A stretch of DNA of 64,000 nt from Candidatus Latescibacterota bacterium (lineage in GTDB: Bacteria; Latescibacterota; UBA2968; UBA8231), in NCBI GenBank assembly GCA_965197905.1, contig CBDAOB010000005.1:2176001-2240000 (forward strand), given 5' to 3'. The notes beneath the pieces are model-generated. The model searched no databases. It was given only the letters and a program-made list of their open reading frames with translations, and was not told where the DNA came from. Position numbers and translations under genes: made by a program. This document shows positions 53,939 through 62,818 of the stretch, piece after piece; within the stretch, counting starts at the first letter, position 1; each line of letters begins with the position of its first letter.

Positions 53939-56089
53939 ATGAATTCTGGCAGAATGCTCGGGCGCGGTCAGGCGACTCGGGGTATGCGATCGTTTATCGC
54001 CGCAGGTGGCATCTGGGGAGCGTGGCACCAGTTCGTTGGGATTGGATCCACAGTTTTTACCGGCTACGCGCTCTTTCTCGGTGCGGATGAATCGTTCATC
54101 GCGATAATGGTCGCCCTGACCTATCTGCTCGCTCCCGTGCAGCTTGCCTCGTCGCTCGTCGGCGCGCGGATCTCCAAGAAAAAACATTTCGTGATCGGAG
54201 CAGGGGTATGCGAGATGTTGTTTCGCGGCTCCCTGATTCTCATTCCGTTCATAATTGCACCCAAATCTTATTTGGGGGCGATGATAGGTTTGGTGGCCGC
54301 TAGTCTCGTCTTCGCGTATCTGTTGTCGCCGATCTACAACACTTGGATGGTAAATACCATTCCGGAGGATTACCGCGCCCGGTTCACCAGTCAGCAAACG
54401 ATCGTGAGGACTCTCGCGGCCACGATTTTCGGTTTTGCTGTCGGTCAGTTCGTCGACTACTTCCCTGAAGCTAGCCGCCAGGATGCTTTTGTCTACGTCT
54501 TCGCTATCGGCACGGTGATCGGTCTCTGCGGCTTTCTTCCCATCAGCCGGGCCCCATTTCCAAAGGAGACTCAGGACGGCGAAACGAGGGCGAATCTGCG
54601 GTCTCTGGTTGAGCCCCTCAAAGACAGGAACTTCAGGTGGGCAACCCTCTTTTTTGGCAGCTGGACCTTGGCGCTGGGCATCTCCGGTCCGCTTTACAGC
54701 GTGTTCATGCTGGAGCACCTGAAGATATCCTACACCGAGATTTCGATTTACAACGCAGTGTTCATGGTGACCAGTATCGCCGGCTACCGCGGCTGGGCTG
54801 TTCTGGTGGACCGCTTCGGTAGCAAGCCGGTCCTCCAGATGTTGATGATGCCTGCAGCTTTGCTTCCACTGATCTGGATCTTCAACGACAAAGATTCGCA
54901 TTACCTAGTCCCGGTCGCTCTTTTCCTGGGCGGCGCACTGTTTTCAGGCATCGAGGTCAGCATCGACCCGCTGCGATACGGCTTGTTGCCCAAGGGCGAG
55001 AAACGCACCATCTATCTCGCCTCCTGGTCGACGTTGGTGAGTCTGCTCGGGGCGCTTGGACCCTTGACCGGCGGAGTGCTGTCCCGATATCTCCGCGATG
55101 TGCAGGTGGACGTCGGCGGAATTAGCTTCGCTCATCTGCAAATCGTATTCGCATTGAGCGTCTGCGCGCGTTTGCTGCCTTTGCTCCTGCTGCGCTTCGT
55201 CAAGGACACAAAGGGGGTTACGACGAGGCACGTATTGTCTCAGATGTTTCAGGGGAATCTCCTGAGCTATGCCTACAACGCCACCATCTTCAACCTGGCC
55301 ACTGCCGAGGAAAGGCGCGCGAGGGCGGCATACGCCCTGGGACGCTCGGGCAACCCCCTGGCCATCGATCAGCTGATACAGGCGGTTGTCCCAGATGCCA
55401 GCCCGAGGGTGCGCCAGAGTGCCGCTAGGGCCCTCGGAGAAACGGGGTCGAGCTTGGCTACGCGACATCTTATTAGGGAACTGACGGACGGCGACTCAGA
55501 TATCCGCAGCGAGGCCGCCGAAGCGCTGGGACGACTCGGTCATTCTGAAGGCATAGACCCATTGATCGACGCTCTGGAGGATGAAGATCCCAGGGTGCGC
55601 ATCAGCGCCATTCGGGGTTTGGCCGGCATAAAGGGTGAAGAGGTTCGGGAGTTGCTATTCTGGCATTTGAGCGAGCGTTTCGATCCCCGTACCTTTCCCA
55701 CGCTGATCGATGTTCTCAGCTCCCTGGGAGATAGCCGCATCATAAAGCCGGCCCTCGGTCGCCTCCTAGAGTTCCGCTCGCCTGCCATACGGCTACAACT
55801 TTTGAATAGCGTTTGCAGAACGTTGGGAGCCCGCGAAAGCTTCTATCGTCTGCTCTCCCATGATGAAGTCCGACGCAATGAGAAACTCAGCCGGTTGCTG
55901 CGAAGAGCATCGACCTTTCTTGCCCGAAGCGCCCTGCTCGGTCCCGCCACGAGGGACAAATTGCGCCAGCTTGTCACCGGGGTTGTGCAAGGATTCGAAA
56001 GCGGCGCCAGCGAAGAGATGGTAGATGCAGCTTTGCAGATCTCCAGCCTGGTGAGAGATGGACTTTCCACGTCCGGTCTGCCCCCGTGA
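53939..56089 (+). CDS. MFS transporter fused to a C-terminal HEAT-repeat domain
   Basis: ~12 hydrophobic segments, MFS loop LVDRFGSK, then PBS-lyase-type HEAT repeats (VRQSAARALG, IRSEAAEALG, VRISAIRGLA). The C-terminus may be frameshifted. Confidence 0.85.
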   Translation: MNSGRMLGRGQATRGMRSFIAAGGIWGAWHQFVGIGSTVFTGYALFLGADESFIAIMVALTYLLAPVQLASSLVGARISKKKHFVIGAGVCEMLFRGSLILIPFIIAPKSYLGAMIGLVAASLVFAYLLSPIYNTWMVNTIPEDYRARFTSQQTIVRTLAATIFGFAVGQFVDYFPEASRQDAFVYVFAIGTVIGLCGFLPISRAPFPKETQDGETRANLRSLVEPLKDRNFRWATLFFGSWTLALGISGPLYSVFMLEHLKISYTEISIYNAVFMVTSIAGYRGWAVLVDRFGSKPVLQMLMMPAALLPLIWIFNDKDSHYLVPVALFLGGALFSGIEVSIDPLRYGLLPKGEKRTIYLASWSTLVSLLGALGPLTGGVLSRYLRDVQVDVGGISFAHLQIVFALSVCARLLPLLLLRFVKDTKGVTTRHVLSQMFQGNLLSYAYNATIFNLATAEERRARAAYALGRSGNPLAIDQLIQAVVPDASPRVRQSAARALGETGSSLATRHLIRELTDGDSDIRSEAAEALGRLGHSEGIDPLIDALEDEDPRVRISAIRGLAGIKGEEVRELLFWHLSERFDPRTFPTLIDVLSSLGDSRIIKPALGRLLEFRSPAIRLQLLNSVCRTLGARESFYRLLSHDEVRRNEKLSRLLRRASTFLARSALLGPATRDKLRQLVTGVVQGFESGASEEMVDAALQISSLVRDGLSTSGLPP

Positions 56090-56278
56090 AGGTTCTGTCG
56101 GTATATCTGGTCATCTTGGCCATTGGGGATTTCGTGCCGAGTACCAAACGCGATGACCTGGGCATCGCTCAAGACATCTTTACGACGGTCTGCTTGCACA
56201 GATTGGCAGGTCTGGTAAGGGAATTGGGCGAGAGCTGAGCGGTCCTGCAATCGGGGCCCTGCGCGCCGCAATCTAGAA

Positions 56279-57022
56279 TCACATGCGGTAGATCTTCACC
56301 AAGTCCCGGAGGGCCACCACAAAATCCCACAACCGAATATTGGAACCGCCAACGTCACGCCACTCCATCAGCGGGAATTCGAACACCGTGCGACCGAATT
56401 CCTCATGTCCGCGTTCTTTCTGAATCCTCATGAGACGCACGAGAAGCTCGACGTCGAAGATCCATCTGCTCTGGAACGGTTCGCCAAAGATTGCGCGCGT
56501 CGTTTCATTGACCCGAAACAGCTTTGCCCCGCATTGGGTATCGTAGACCTGCAGATCTAGAAGGGCCGATGCCACGGTCGCGAATATTCTGCCAGCATAA
56601 TGCCGCAGGGCCCGACGTTCGATCGTCCGGCCAAGCAACTGGACGCGTGCACCGAATACCGCCTGCAATTCGGCCTTCTCGATCAACACCGTTCGCAGCG
56701 AATGGATAGCTTTCAGAGGCGTCGCAAGATCGGCGTCCCAGAACCCCGCAAACTCGGCGGCTTCGTCAAACAGATCGATGAATCCCCGCCTGACTGCTTC
56801 CCCTTTTCCGACATTGCGCGGCAATTCCAAGAAGCTGGCCCTGCCCGGGTGCGCTTCGGCGAACTTGCGCAGCATCTTCCCCGTCCCGTCAGTGCTACCA
56901 TCGTCTACGAAATGAAATCGAATGTCTTCGGTTGACTCAATAAAAGAGGAGAACTGGGGGGCGTCGAACCGCGCTTCCTCGTTGAAACAAGGGACGACGA
57001 TAGCAGTGGATATTGAGGTCAT
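56279..57022 (-). CDS. GT2 glycosyltransferase (polyprenol/dolichol-phosphate glycosyltransferase-like)
   Basis: VVPCFNE, VDDGSTD, GKGEAVR, DADL, YDTQCGAKLF, WIFDVELL. Start at ATG 57022 with GAGGT SD, or TTG 57049. Confidence 0.9.
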   Translation of the reverse strand: MTSISTAIVVPCFNEEARFDAPQFSSFIESTEDIRFHFVDDGSTDGTGKMLRKFAEAHPGRASFLELPRNVGKGEAVRRGFIDLFDEAAEFAGFWDADLATPLKAIHSLRTVLIEKAELQAVFGARVQLLGRTIERRALRHYAGRIFATVASALLDLQVYDTQCGAKLFRVNETTRAIFGEPFQSRWIFDVELLVRLMRIQKERGHEEFGRTVFEFPLMEWRDVGGSNIRLWDFVVALRDLVKIYRM

Positions 57023-57041
57023 AACCTCGAGGTCAATGGTT

Positions 57042-57806
57042 TCACCCAACGGCTCTCAGCACGGCAAGCAGACTGACACCGAAGCGGTAACCGCGCCGAC
57101 GACGCCCGTCCAACAGCCCGAGAAGGGTGCGGACTTCGCCGGCAAAGGTTCTCTCCAGGAGGCGGTTTATGGGAGGAGCAGGCAGGGTCAGGTCGGTGCC
57201 GGCCTCACCCCACGGTTTGCTGCGCAGACGGGTCAACAGCCGTATCGACTTCACGATCGGGAAGATCCTCGAGTTAAAATAGGAGAGCATCTCCGCTTTC
57301 ACCGGCAGATGGGACCAGATCGCGGGTAGACTGTGTAGATCGTAGCGACGATAGTGACCGAAGCTGACGTCGTGCTGGCTCCACAGGGACATGTTGGCAG
57401 GCACCGTCAACAGCACTGCATCTCCCGGCACTAACATGCTTATGACATCGTGAAGGAATTCTGCATCGTTCGGAACATGCTCGAGAACGTCCATCAATAA
57501 AAAGAGCCGTGGGTGCGCGTACTCTGCACCCAGTTCCACAGGGATCTCGTCGCACAAAAAATCGACCCTCGGGAATCGCTGACGAGCGAAATCAATGGCG
57601 TCCGAAGAAGCGTCGATTCCCAACACACTGTAGTCCTCCGCTAACGCCGCTAGATTGGCTCCCGTGCCGCACCCAACATCGATGACCGTTCCGTTCCCCG
57701 GAGTCAGGATGCGCAACGCCAACGCCCGCATTATTTGGCGCCGGGCGCGAAACCACCAGTGGTGATCTTCGATGTCCGCGTGCAGTCTGAATTGCGCTAG
57801 CTGCAT
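57042..57806 (-). CDS. Class I SAM-dependent methyltransferase
   Basis: EDHHWWFRARR, IDVGCGTG, MDVLEHV, LTVPA, GHYRRY. Confidence 0.9.
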   Translation of the reverse strand: MQLAQFRLHADIEDHHWWFRARRQIMRALALRILTPGNGTVIDVGCGTGANLAALAEDYSVLGIDASSDAIDFARQRFPRVDFLCDEIPVELGAEYAHPRLFLLMDVLEHVPNDAEFLHDVISMLVPGDAVLLTVPANMSLWSQHDVSFGHYRRYDLHSLPAIWSHLPVKAEMLSYFNSRIFPIVKSIRLLTRLRSKPWGEAGTDLTLPAPPINRLLERTFAGEVRTLLGLLDGRRRRGYRFGVSLLAVLRAVG

Positions 57807-57878
57807 CCCTTACACCGGCCTCGGCGGGCACCGACGAGGCGGAACCGGAGCGTATCCAGCGCCCGATAAACCATATAG

Positions 57879-58616
57879 CTACGCCGCCCCGCTCACGTTC
57901 GACCCGTCCCTTCTATGCCCCCAATAGATTCGCAACAGCTCGCCAACATTGCGAACCATGCCCCAAACCGGATTAAAGCGGCTGTCGGGATCATCCCGCC
58001 ACATGACGGGGATAGCTTTGATCGAAAACCCGAATCTTCCGGCAAGCAGCAATATCTCCACGTCGAACATGTACCCGTCCACACGCTGCCGGGAAAACAG
58101 CGCCTCGACAATCTCGCGCTTGAAGAATTTGAAACCGCATTGGGTGTCGTCTAGATGATTGAGCCCGATCAGACGGTGCAGCAAAATGCGGAAAAGACGG
58201 GACCCGATCTGGCGATACCCGCGTCTCCCCACGGCGATGGTGGACGCCTCTGCGCTGCGATCTCCGATCACGCCATCACATCCGGCGTCCAGAAGCTCCA
58301 CAACCTTGTCGAGACATGAGATCTCCGTCTTGTAGTCCGCATCCATGTATCCAACGATGCCTCCCCGAGCCTCGCGCACCCCGTGGCGCACCGAGTATCC
58401 TTTGCCCCGGTTTTGCGGGTTCTTTATACAACGGACCGAGGCGCTGTTCGGGTACGCATGCTGAACCATTTCCGCAGTGTGGTCCGAACTCCCGTCATCC
58501 ACGACGATAAGCTCGTAACTCCAGGGACGTTGCTGGAGAAACTGCACCGTTTTTCCCACCGTAATCAATATCCTATTTTCTTCATTGAATGCTGGAATTA
58601 TTATACTTAGGTCCAT
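57879..58616 (-). CDS. GT2 glycosyltransferase (dolichyl-phosphate beta-glucosyltransferase-like)
   Basis: LSIIIPAFNE, VDDGSSD, NRGKGYSVR, MDAD, DTQCGFKFF, FDVEIL. Confidence 0.92.
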   Translation of the reverse strand: MDLSIIIPAFNEENRILITVGKTVQFLQQRPWSYELIVVDDGSSDHTAEMVQHAYPNSASVRCIKNPQNRGKGYSVRHGVREARGGIVGYMDADYKTEISCLDKVVELLDAGCDGVIGDRSAEASTIAVGRRGYRQIGSRLFRILLHRLIGLNHLDDTQCGFKFFKREIVEALFSRQRVDGYMFDVEILLLAGRFGFSIKAIPVMWRDDPDSRFNPVWGMVRNVGELLRIYWGHRRDGSNVSGAA

Positions 58617-58639
58617 TGGCAGGAGGAATATATTATTAA

Positions 58640-58987
58640 ATGGCGGAAGATACTATTTTCGGAAAGATCATTCGTGGCGAGATCAAAGCGGACATTATCT
58701 ACGATGATGAACTCTGTCTCGCTTTCAGGGATATCAGCCCCCAAGCACCACACCACATTCTGGTGATACCGAAGGAAGCGATCTCGGGAGTGCAGGTCGC
58801 GGAAGCGAAACACAAAGCTCTATTGGGTCACCTCTTGATTTGTGCGGCAGACATCGCCCGGAGCCAGGCGATCGACGAATCCGGTTATCGGTTGGTGATC
58901 AATGCGGGGAACGACGGGGGGCAGACAGTCCCACATCTCCACATTCACATCCTCGGAGGGCGCCAGATGAAATGGCCTCCTGGATAA
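58640..58987 (+). CDS. hinT: Histidine triad nucleotide-binding protein
   Basis: [40 protein letters not shown]. Confidence 0.95.
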   Translation: MAEDTIFGKIIRGEIKADIIYDDELCLAFRDISPQAPHHILVIPKEAISGVQVAEAKHKALLGHLLICAADIARSQAIDESGYRLVINAGNDGGQTVPHLHIHILGGRQMKWPPG

Positions 58988-58988
58988 C

Positions 58989-59022
58989 AAAAAAAGGGCC
59001 GCCACTAAGGCGGCCCTCCTTT
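58989..59022 (-). terminator. Intrinsic terminator for rplC (possibly bidirectional with hinT)
   Basis: GGGCCGCC-ACTAA-GGCGGCCC hairpin with an A7 run on the hinT side (a U-run on the minus strand). Confidence 0.85.
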
Positions 59023-59038
59023 GCCATCGCGCGTCTCG

Positions 59039-59662
59039 TTATCGGGATTTTTGAATTGTTATGTAGCCGTTTGCACCACCTGGAACCGCACCCTTGAGGA
59101 ACAGGAGGTTGCGCTCAGCATCGACGCGAACCACCGCGAGATTCTTTACCGCCACCATCGCATTGCCCATTTGTCCGGGCATCTTCTTGCCCTTCCACAC
59201 CTTTCCAGGGGTTGTGCCCTGTCCGATGGCACCGGGATGGCGCACGCGATCGGGCGTCCCGTGGGTTGTATTCTTGCCGTGGAAGTGGTATCGCTTGACC
59301 ACACCAGCGAAACCCTTCCCCTTCGACTTGCCACGGACCTGCACCTTGTCCCCCACTTCGAACAGCCCCACGTCAAGCACCTGCCCCACCTCAAAATCAC
59401 CGTCGGTCTCCAGACGAAATTCCCGCAGCAGACGATGCGGCTCGATGCCGATTTTCTGGTAGAAACCAGCTTGAGGTTTCGTCACCTTGCGCGGCGGTAT
59501 CTGATCGAACGCGAGCTGCAAGGCGGAATATCCATTCTGTTCCGCAGTCCGTACCTCGGCCACCGGACACGGTCCGGCTTCGACGACCGTAACTGGAATC
59601 AGTTCCTGTTTCTCGTCGTATACTTGGGTCATTCCGAGCTTTTTGCCAATCAAACCAACCAT
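59039..59662 (-). CDS. rplC: 50S ribosomal protein L3 (outside the S10 operon)
   Basis: GLIGKKLGMTQ, IPVTV, NGYSALQL, SKGKGFAGVVKRY, KGKKMPGQMG, KGAVPG; AGGAG SD. Confidence 0.98.
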   Translation of the reverse strand: MVGLIGKKLGMTQVYDEKQELIPVTVVEAGPCPVAEVRTAEQNGYSALQLAFDQIPPRKVTKPQAGFYQKIGIEPHRLLREFRLETDGDFEVGQVLDVGLFEVGDKVQVRGKSKGKGFAGVVKRYHFHGKNTTHGTPDRVRHPGAIGQGTTPGKVWKGKKMPGQMGNAMVAVKNLAVVRVDAERNLLFLKGAVPGGANGYITIQKSR

Positions 59663-59707
59663 ACCGCAACTCCTGTATCCGTCTTATCCCGAGTGAATAA
59701 ACATCGT

Positions 59708-59736
59708 AAATTACCGTTTCGTCGCCGATTCGGCAA
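59708..59736 (-). promoter_or_regulatory. sigma70 promoter of rplC
   Basis: Minus strand TTGCCG-17 nt-TAATTT. Confidence 0.6.
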
Positions 59737-59749
59737 GAGGATGTGAGGG

Positions 59750-60706
59750 ATGTCCGCGCGCAGAACCGTTACCGTCGTCAGAGGGGGAGCGATCGGAGAC
59801 TTCGTCTTGACACTTCCCGCGATTCAATCGCTGTGGTCGCACTATCCCCACCATACGCTACAGATCGTCGGCAATCCTGGTATTGTTCGACTCGCCCGCC
59901 CGGGCAAAATCGTCGATATCCACTCGGCATCCCTCATCGGGCTCTACAACGATTCCGCTCGACTCGATCCGGAGCTGAATTCGGTATTTGGCGATTCGGC
60001 GGTGGTTCTGGCTTATACGACACAGAATGCTGCGGAATTCGCCCATCGATTGGGCGAATCTACCTCGGCTCGGATACTGGTCCACGATCCCCGACCCGAT
60101 GGGAGTTCGAGACACGTCGCCGAGCAGCTGTTCGCACCGGTCCATGCAGCGGGTCTTGCGGACTCGTTCGATCTTTCACGTATCGACCTGACCCAGAACG
60201 ACCTCGAGCGTTGCCGAAGGTTGTTAGGGGGAGCGACCGGGTCGCGTAGGATCGTTGTCAGTCCGGGAAGCGGAGGTAGACACAAGTGCTGGCCGATCGA
60301 GCGCTATGCCGATATCGTCGAGGAGGTCGTCGCGCTGGGTTTACAGGCAGTGGTAGCTCTAGGGCCGGCGGAGCAACATCTCGCTGACCATAGTTTGCTT
60401 CGAGCCTCCAACGATGTGCGGATTGTTCAACCGCCGGACCTGGTCCAACTGGCCGGATTGCTGCAATCCGCCGACCTGTACCTCGGCAACGACTCCGGCC
60501 CCAGTCATATCGCAGCCGCCGTCGGAGTTCCGTCTGTCGTGCTGTTCGGCCCCACCGACCCCGATCTCTGGGCACCCCGCGGCCGCTCCGTTGAGGTGAT
60601 CAGGTCCCCCGATGGAGATATGGATTCGCTCAACCTAGATTCAGTGTTGGAAGGTCTGATGAAAACGCTACGCGGCTTGCCGGGAAAACCGCACACAGAG
60701 GTCTGA
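59750..60706 (+). CDS. GT9 family glycosyltransferase (ADP-heptose:LPS heptosyltransferase-like)
   Basis: GAIGDFVLTLP, PGSG..KCWP, YLGNDSGPSHIAAAVG.PSVVLFGPT. Confidence 0.92.
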   Translation: MSARRTVTVVRGGAIGDFVLTLPAIQSLWSHYPHHTLQIVGNPGIVRLARPGKIVDIHSASLIGLYNDSARLDPELNSVFGDSAVVLAYTTQNAAEFAHRLGESTSARILVHDPRPDGSSRHVAEQLFAPVHAAGLADSFDLSRIDLTQNDLERCRRLLGGATGSRRIVVSPGSGGRHKCWPIERYADIVEEVVALGLQAVVALGPAEQHLADHSLLRASNDVRIVQPPDLVQLAGLLQSADLYLGNDSGPSHIAAAVGVPSVVLFGPTDPDLWAPRGRSVEVIRSPDGDMDSLNLDSVLEGLMKTLRGLPGKPHTEV

Positions 60707-60707
60707 T

Positions 60708-61361
60708 ATGCAAAAAAAATCGGCGGCGGAAGACGATCAGTACGAGGTGGAGAGACTCGACATGGTCCAGCGGCAGCTGGCCAGTCGGGGCATCAATGAC
60801 CGTGCCGTTCTGCAGGCCTTCAAACGAGTACCGCGCCATCTCTTCATTCCCGAGAATGAGCGGCACCAGGCGTATGAAGACCATCCCCTTCCGATCGGTC
60901 GTGGTCAAACCATTTCACAACCTTACGTCGTAGCCTACATGTTGCAAAAGTTGGCTCCGCGACCAGACAACCGAGTGCTGGAAATTGGCACCGGTTCGGG
61001 ATACCAGACGGCGCTCCTGGCCGAGTTGGCATGCCACGTCTACACGGTCGAGGTCATCCCCGAACTCGCAGAGGGTGCCCGTCAGACCCTCAATCAGTTG
61101 GGATACCAGAATATCGAATATAGCATTGGGGACGGCTCGCAGGGGTGGGCTGACGCTGCCCCATTCGACGGGATCGTGGCGTCGGCGTCTGCCAGCTGCG
61201 TGCATCAGCAGCTCACTGACCAGTTGGCGCCGGGATCCCGCTTGATTCTGCCTGTGGGCTCTGCCCGTCAGCACCTGATCATGGTTTATCGAGGTATCGA
61301 GCGATCCGAACGGACAACGCTGCTCCCGGTCCGCTTCGTACAGATGAAGGAAGAGTGTTGA
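60708..61361 (+). CDS. pcm: Protein-L-isoaspartate O-methyltransferase
   Basis: VPRHLF, AYEDHPLPIG.GQTISQPY, VLEIGTGSGYQ, APFD, VRFV. Confidence 0.96.
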   Translation: MQKKSAAEDDQYEVERLDMVQRQLASRGINDRAVLQAFKRVPRHLFIPENERHQAYEDHPLPIGRGQTISQPYVVAYMLQKLAPRPDNRVLEIGTGSGYQTALLAELACHVYTVEVIPELAEGARQTLNQLGYQNIEYSIGDGSQGWADAAPFDGIVASASASCVHQQLTDQLAPGSRLILPVGSARQHLIMVYRGIERSERTTLLPVRFVQMKEEC

Positions 61362-61374
61362 TCGCCCCGGCTTA

Positions 61375-61869
61375 TCAGTCTTTCACCAGCTCGATCATGA
61401 CCTTTGCTGTTCCGGCCTTAACCATCTCCAGCTCGAGCGCAGCCGCGAAAGAGAGATCCAGGATCCGCCCCTCTACGAATGGTCCACGATCATTGATTTT
61501 CACTTCGACCCAGCGACCGTTCGTCAGGTTGGTCACCTTTGCCATGGTCCCCAACGGCAAAACGCGGTGCGCGGCCGTCAGTTTGTACATGTTGAAGATA
61601 TCGCCGTTGGCTGTTTTGCGACCGTGAAACGCCTTGCCGTAATAGGATGCGACCCCTAACTGGTAAGCCCCGGCTGTTGATATGGAACCCACATCAACGG
61701 GGTGGGCGTTGTGGCTTGTTGGCGCGACTGGTGTGCTTGCTTGGGACCGCGACGGGCGGGCAGCCTTTGGGGCTCGAGTGACGCTGCCCGAGTGATAGAC
61801 CGGGCTGGGCGAACATCCCGCCAACGCGACAACTGATGCTCCGAGGAGCAGCTTTCGGATCGTGGACAT
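61375..61869 (-). CDS. rlpA: RlpA-family lipoprotein (DPBB lytic transglycosylase domain, no SPOR domain)
   Basis: Lipobox LAGC, GVASYYG, HGRKTANG, TAAHRVLP, INDRGPF, ILDLS. Confidence 0.93.
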   Translation of the reverse strand: MSTIRKLLLGASVVALAGCSPSPVYHSGSVTRAPKAARPSRSQASTPVAPTSHNAHPVDVGSISTAGAYQLGVASYYGKAFHGRKTANGDIFNMYKLTAAHRVLPLGTMAKVTNLTNGRWVEVKINDRGPFVEGRILDLSFAAALELEMVKAGTAKVMIELVKD

Positions 61870-61906
61870 CGCGCTCCGGACTCGAGGAAAGTCCGGCATA
61901 GAGGGG

Positions 61907-62818
61907 TTATTTGGCGAGGGATCCTACTATTGTACTGATATCTGACAGATTCTGCTCGGAACAATACGATTCGAGACCCGCGACGAGCTCCTGCGCGGCG
62001 TTCGGCTTGACGAAAGTCGCCGTGCCAACCTGAACCGCGGATGCCCCTGCGATCATGAACTCGAGCGCGTCATTGGCGTCCATGATTCCACCAATTCCCA
62101 TCAACGGGAGTTTTACGGCCTGTCGCACCTTCCAAAGCATGGCCAGCGCGACGGGTTTGATCGCCGGACCGGACAATCCGCCGGTCGTATTTCGTAAGAC
62201 CGGCCGGCGGCTGCGAACATCTATGGCCATGCCGACCAGCGTGTTGATCAGAGATATGCCATCGGCACCGGCATCTTCCACCGCCCGAGCTATCTCCGCA
62301 ATGTCGGTCACGTTAGGAGTCAGCTTGGCGATCACCGGTCGGGCCGATGCGCGCCGCACCGCACTGATAACCTCAGCTGCGGCCGTGGGATTACAACCGA
62401 ACAGCATGCCGCCGTCCTTCATGTTGGGAGAAGAGATGTTGACCTCGAGGGCGGCAATCCGCTCCAAAGGCGCGAGGCGCTCAGCCATGCGCGCATGCTC
62501 GGCTGCCGTAGGAGCGGCAATGTTGACGACGATAGCGGTGTCCAGCGTTTCGAGAAAGCGCCACCGATCGGTAACGAACCCCTCCAATCCCGGGTTCTGC
62601 AGCCCGATGGAGTTCAACATTCCCGCCGGCGTTTCCACGATCCTGGGAGGCGAGTTCCCCGAGCGAGGTTCGGGCGTGATGGTCTTGGTGATCAATCCCC
62701 CGAGGCGGGAGAGATCGGTCAACTCCGAAAGCTCGTCTCCGTAACCACAGGTTCCCGATGCAAGCAGCACCGGGTTGCGCAACCCAATGCCGGCAAAATC
62801 GACAGCCAGCTCGGTCAT
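61907..62818 (-). CDS. pyrD: Dihydroorotate dehydrogenase, class 1B catalytic subunit
   Basis: NPVLLASGT, GMLNSIGLQNPG, KLTPNVTDI, LINT, GGLSGPAIKP, VQVGTA; coupled to pyrK. Confidence 0.95.
   Translation of the reverse strand: MTELAVDFAGIGLRNPVLLASGTCGYGDELSELTDLSRLGGLITKTITPEPRSGNSPPRIVETPAGMLNSIGLQNPGLEGFVTDRWRFLETLDTAIVVNIAAPTAAEHARMAERLAPLERIAALEVNISSPNMKDGGMLFGCNPTAAAEVISAVRRASARPVIAKLTPNVTDIAEIARAVEDAGADGISLINTLVGMAIDVRSRRPVLRNTTGGLSGPAIKPVALAMLWKVRQAVKLPLMGIGGIMDANDALEFMIAGASAVQVGTATFVKPNAAQELVAGLESYCSEQNLSDISTIVGSLAK

Noticed and set aside
56087..56218. Selenocysteine or stop readthrough at the MFS-HEAT TGA
   Set aside because: The in-frame continuation is Trp/Ser/Cys-rich and looks off-frame. 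The -1 frame is the protein-like one.
61877..61897. GAGGAAAGTCCGG, resembling the RNase P RNA signature
   Set aside because: It lies in a 37-bp spacer between intact pyrD and rlpA, and I saw no matching 3' P4 strand. It is explained by a small inverted repeat, CCGGACT-N7-AGTCCGG.
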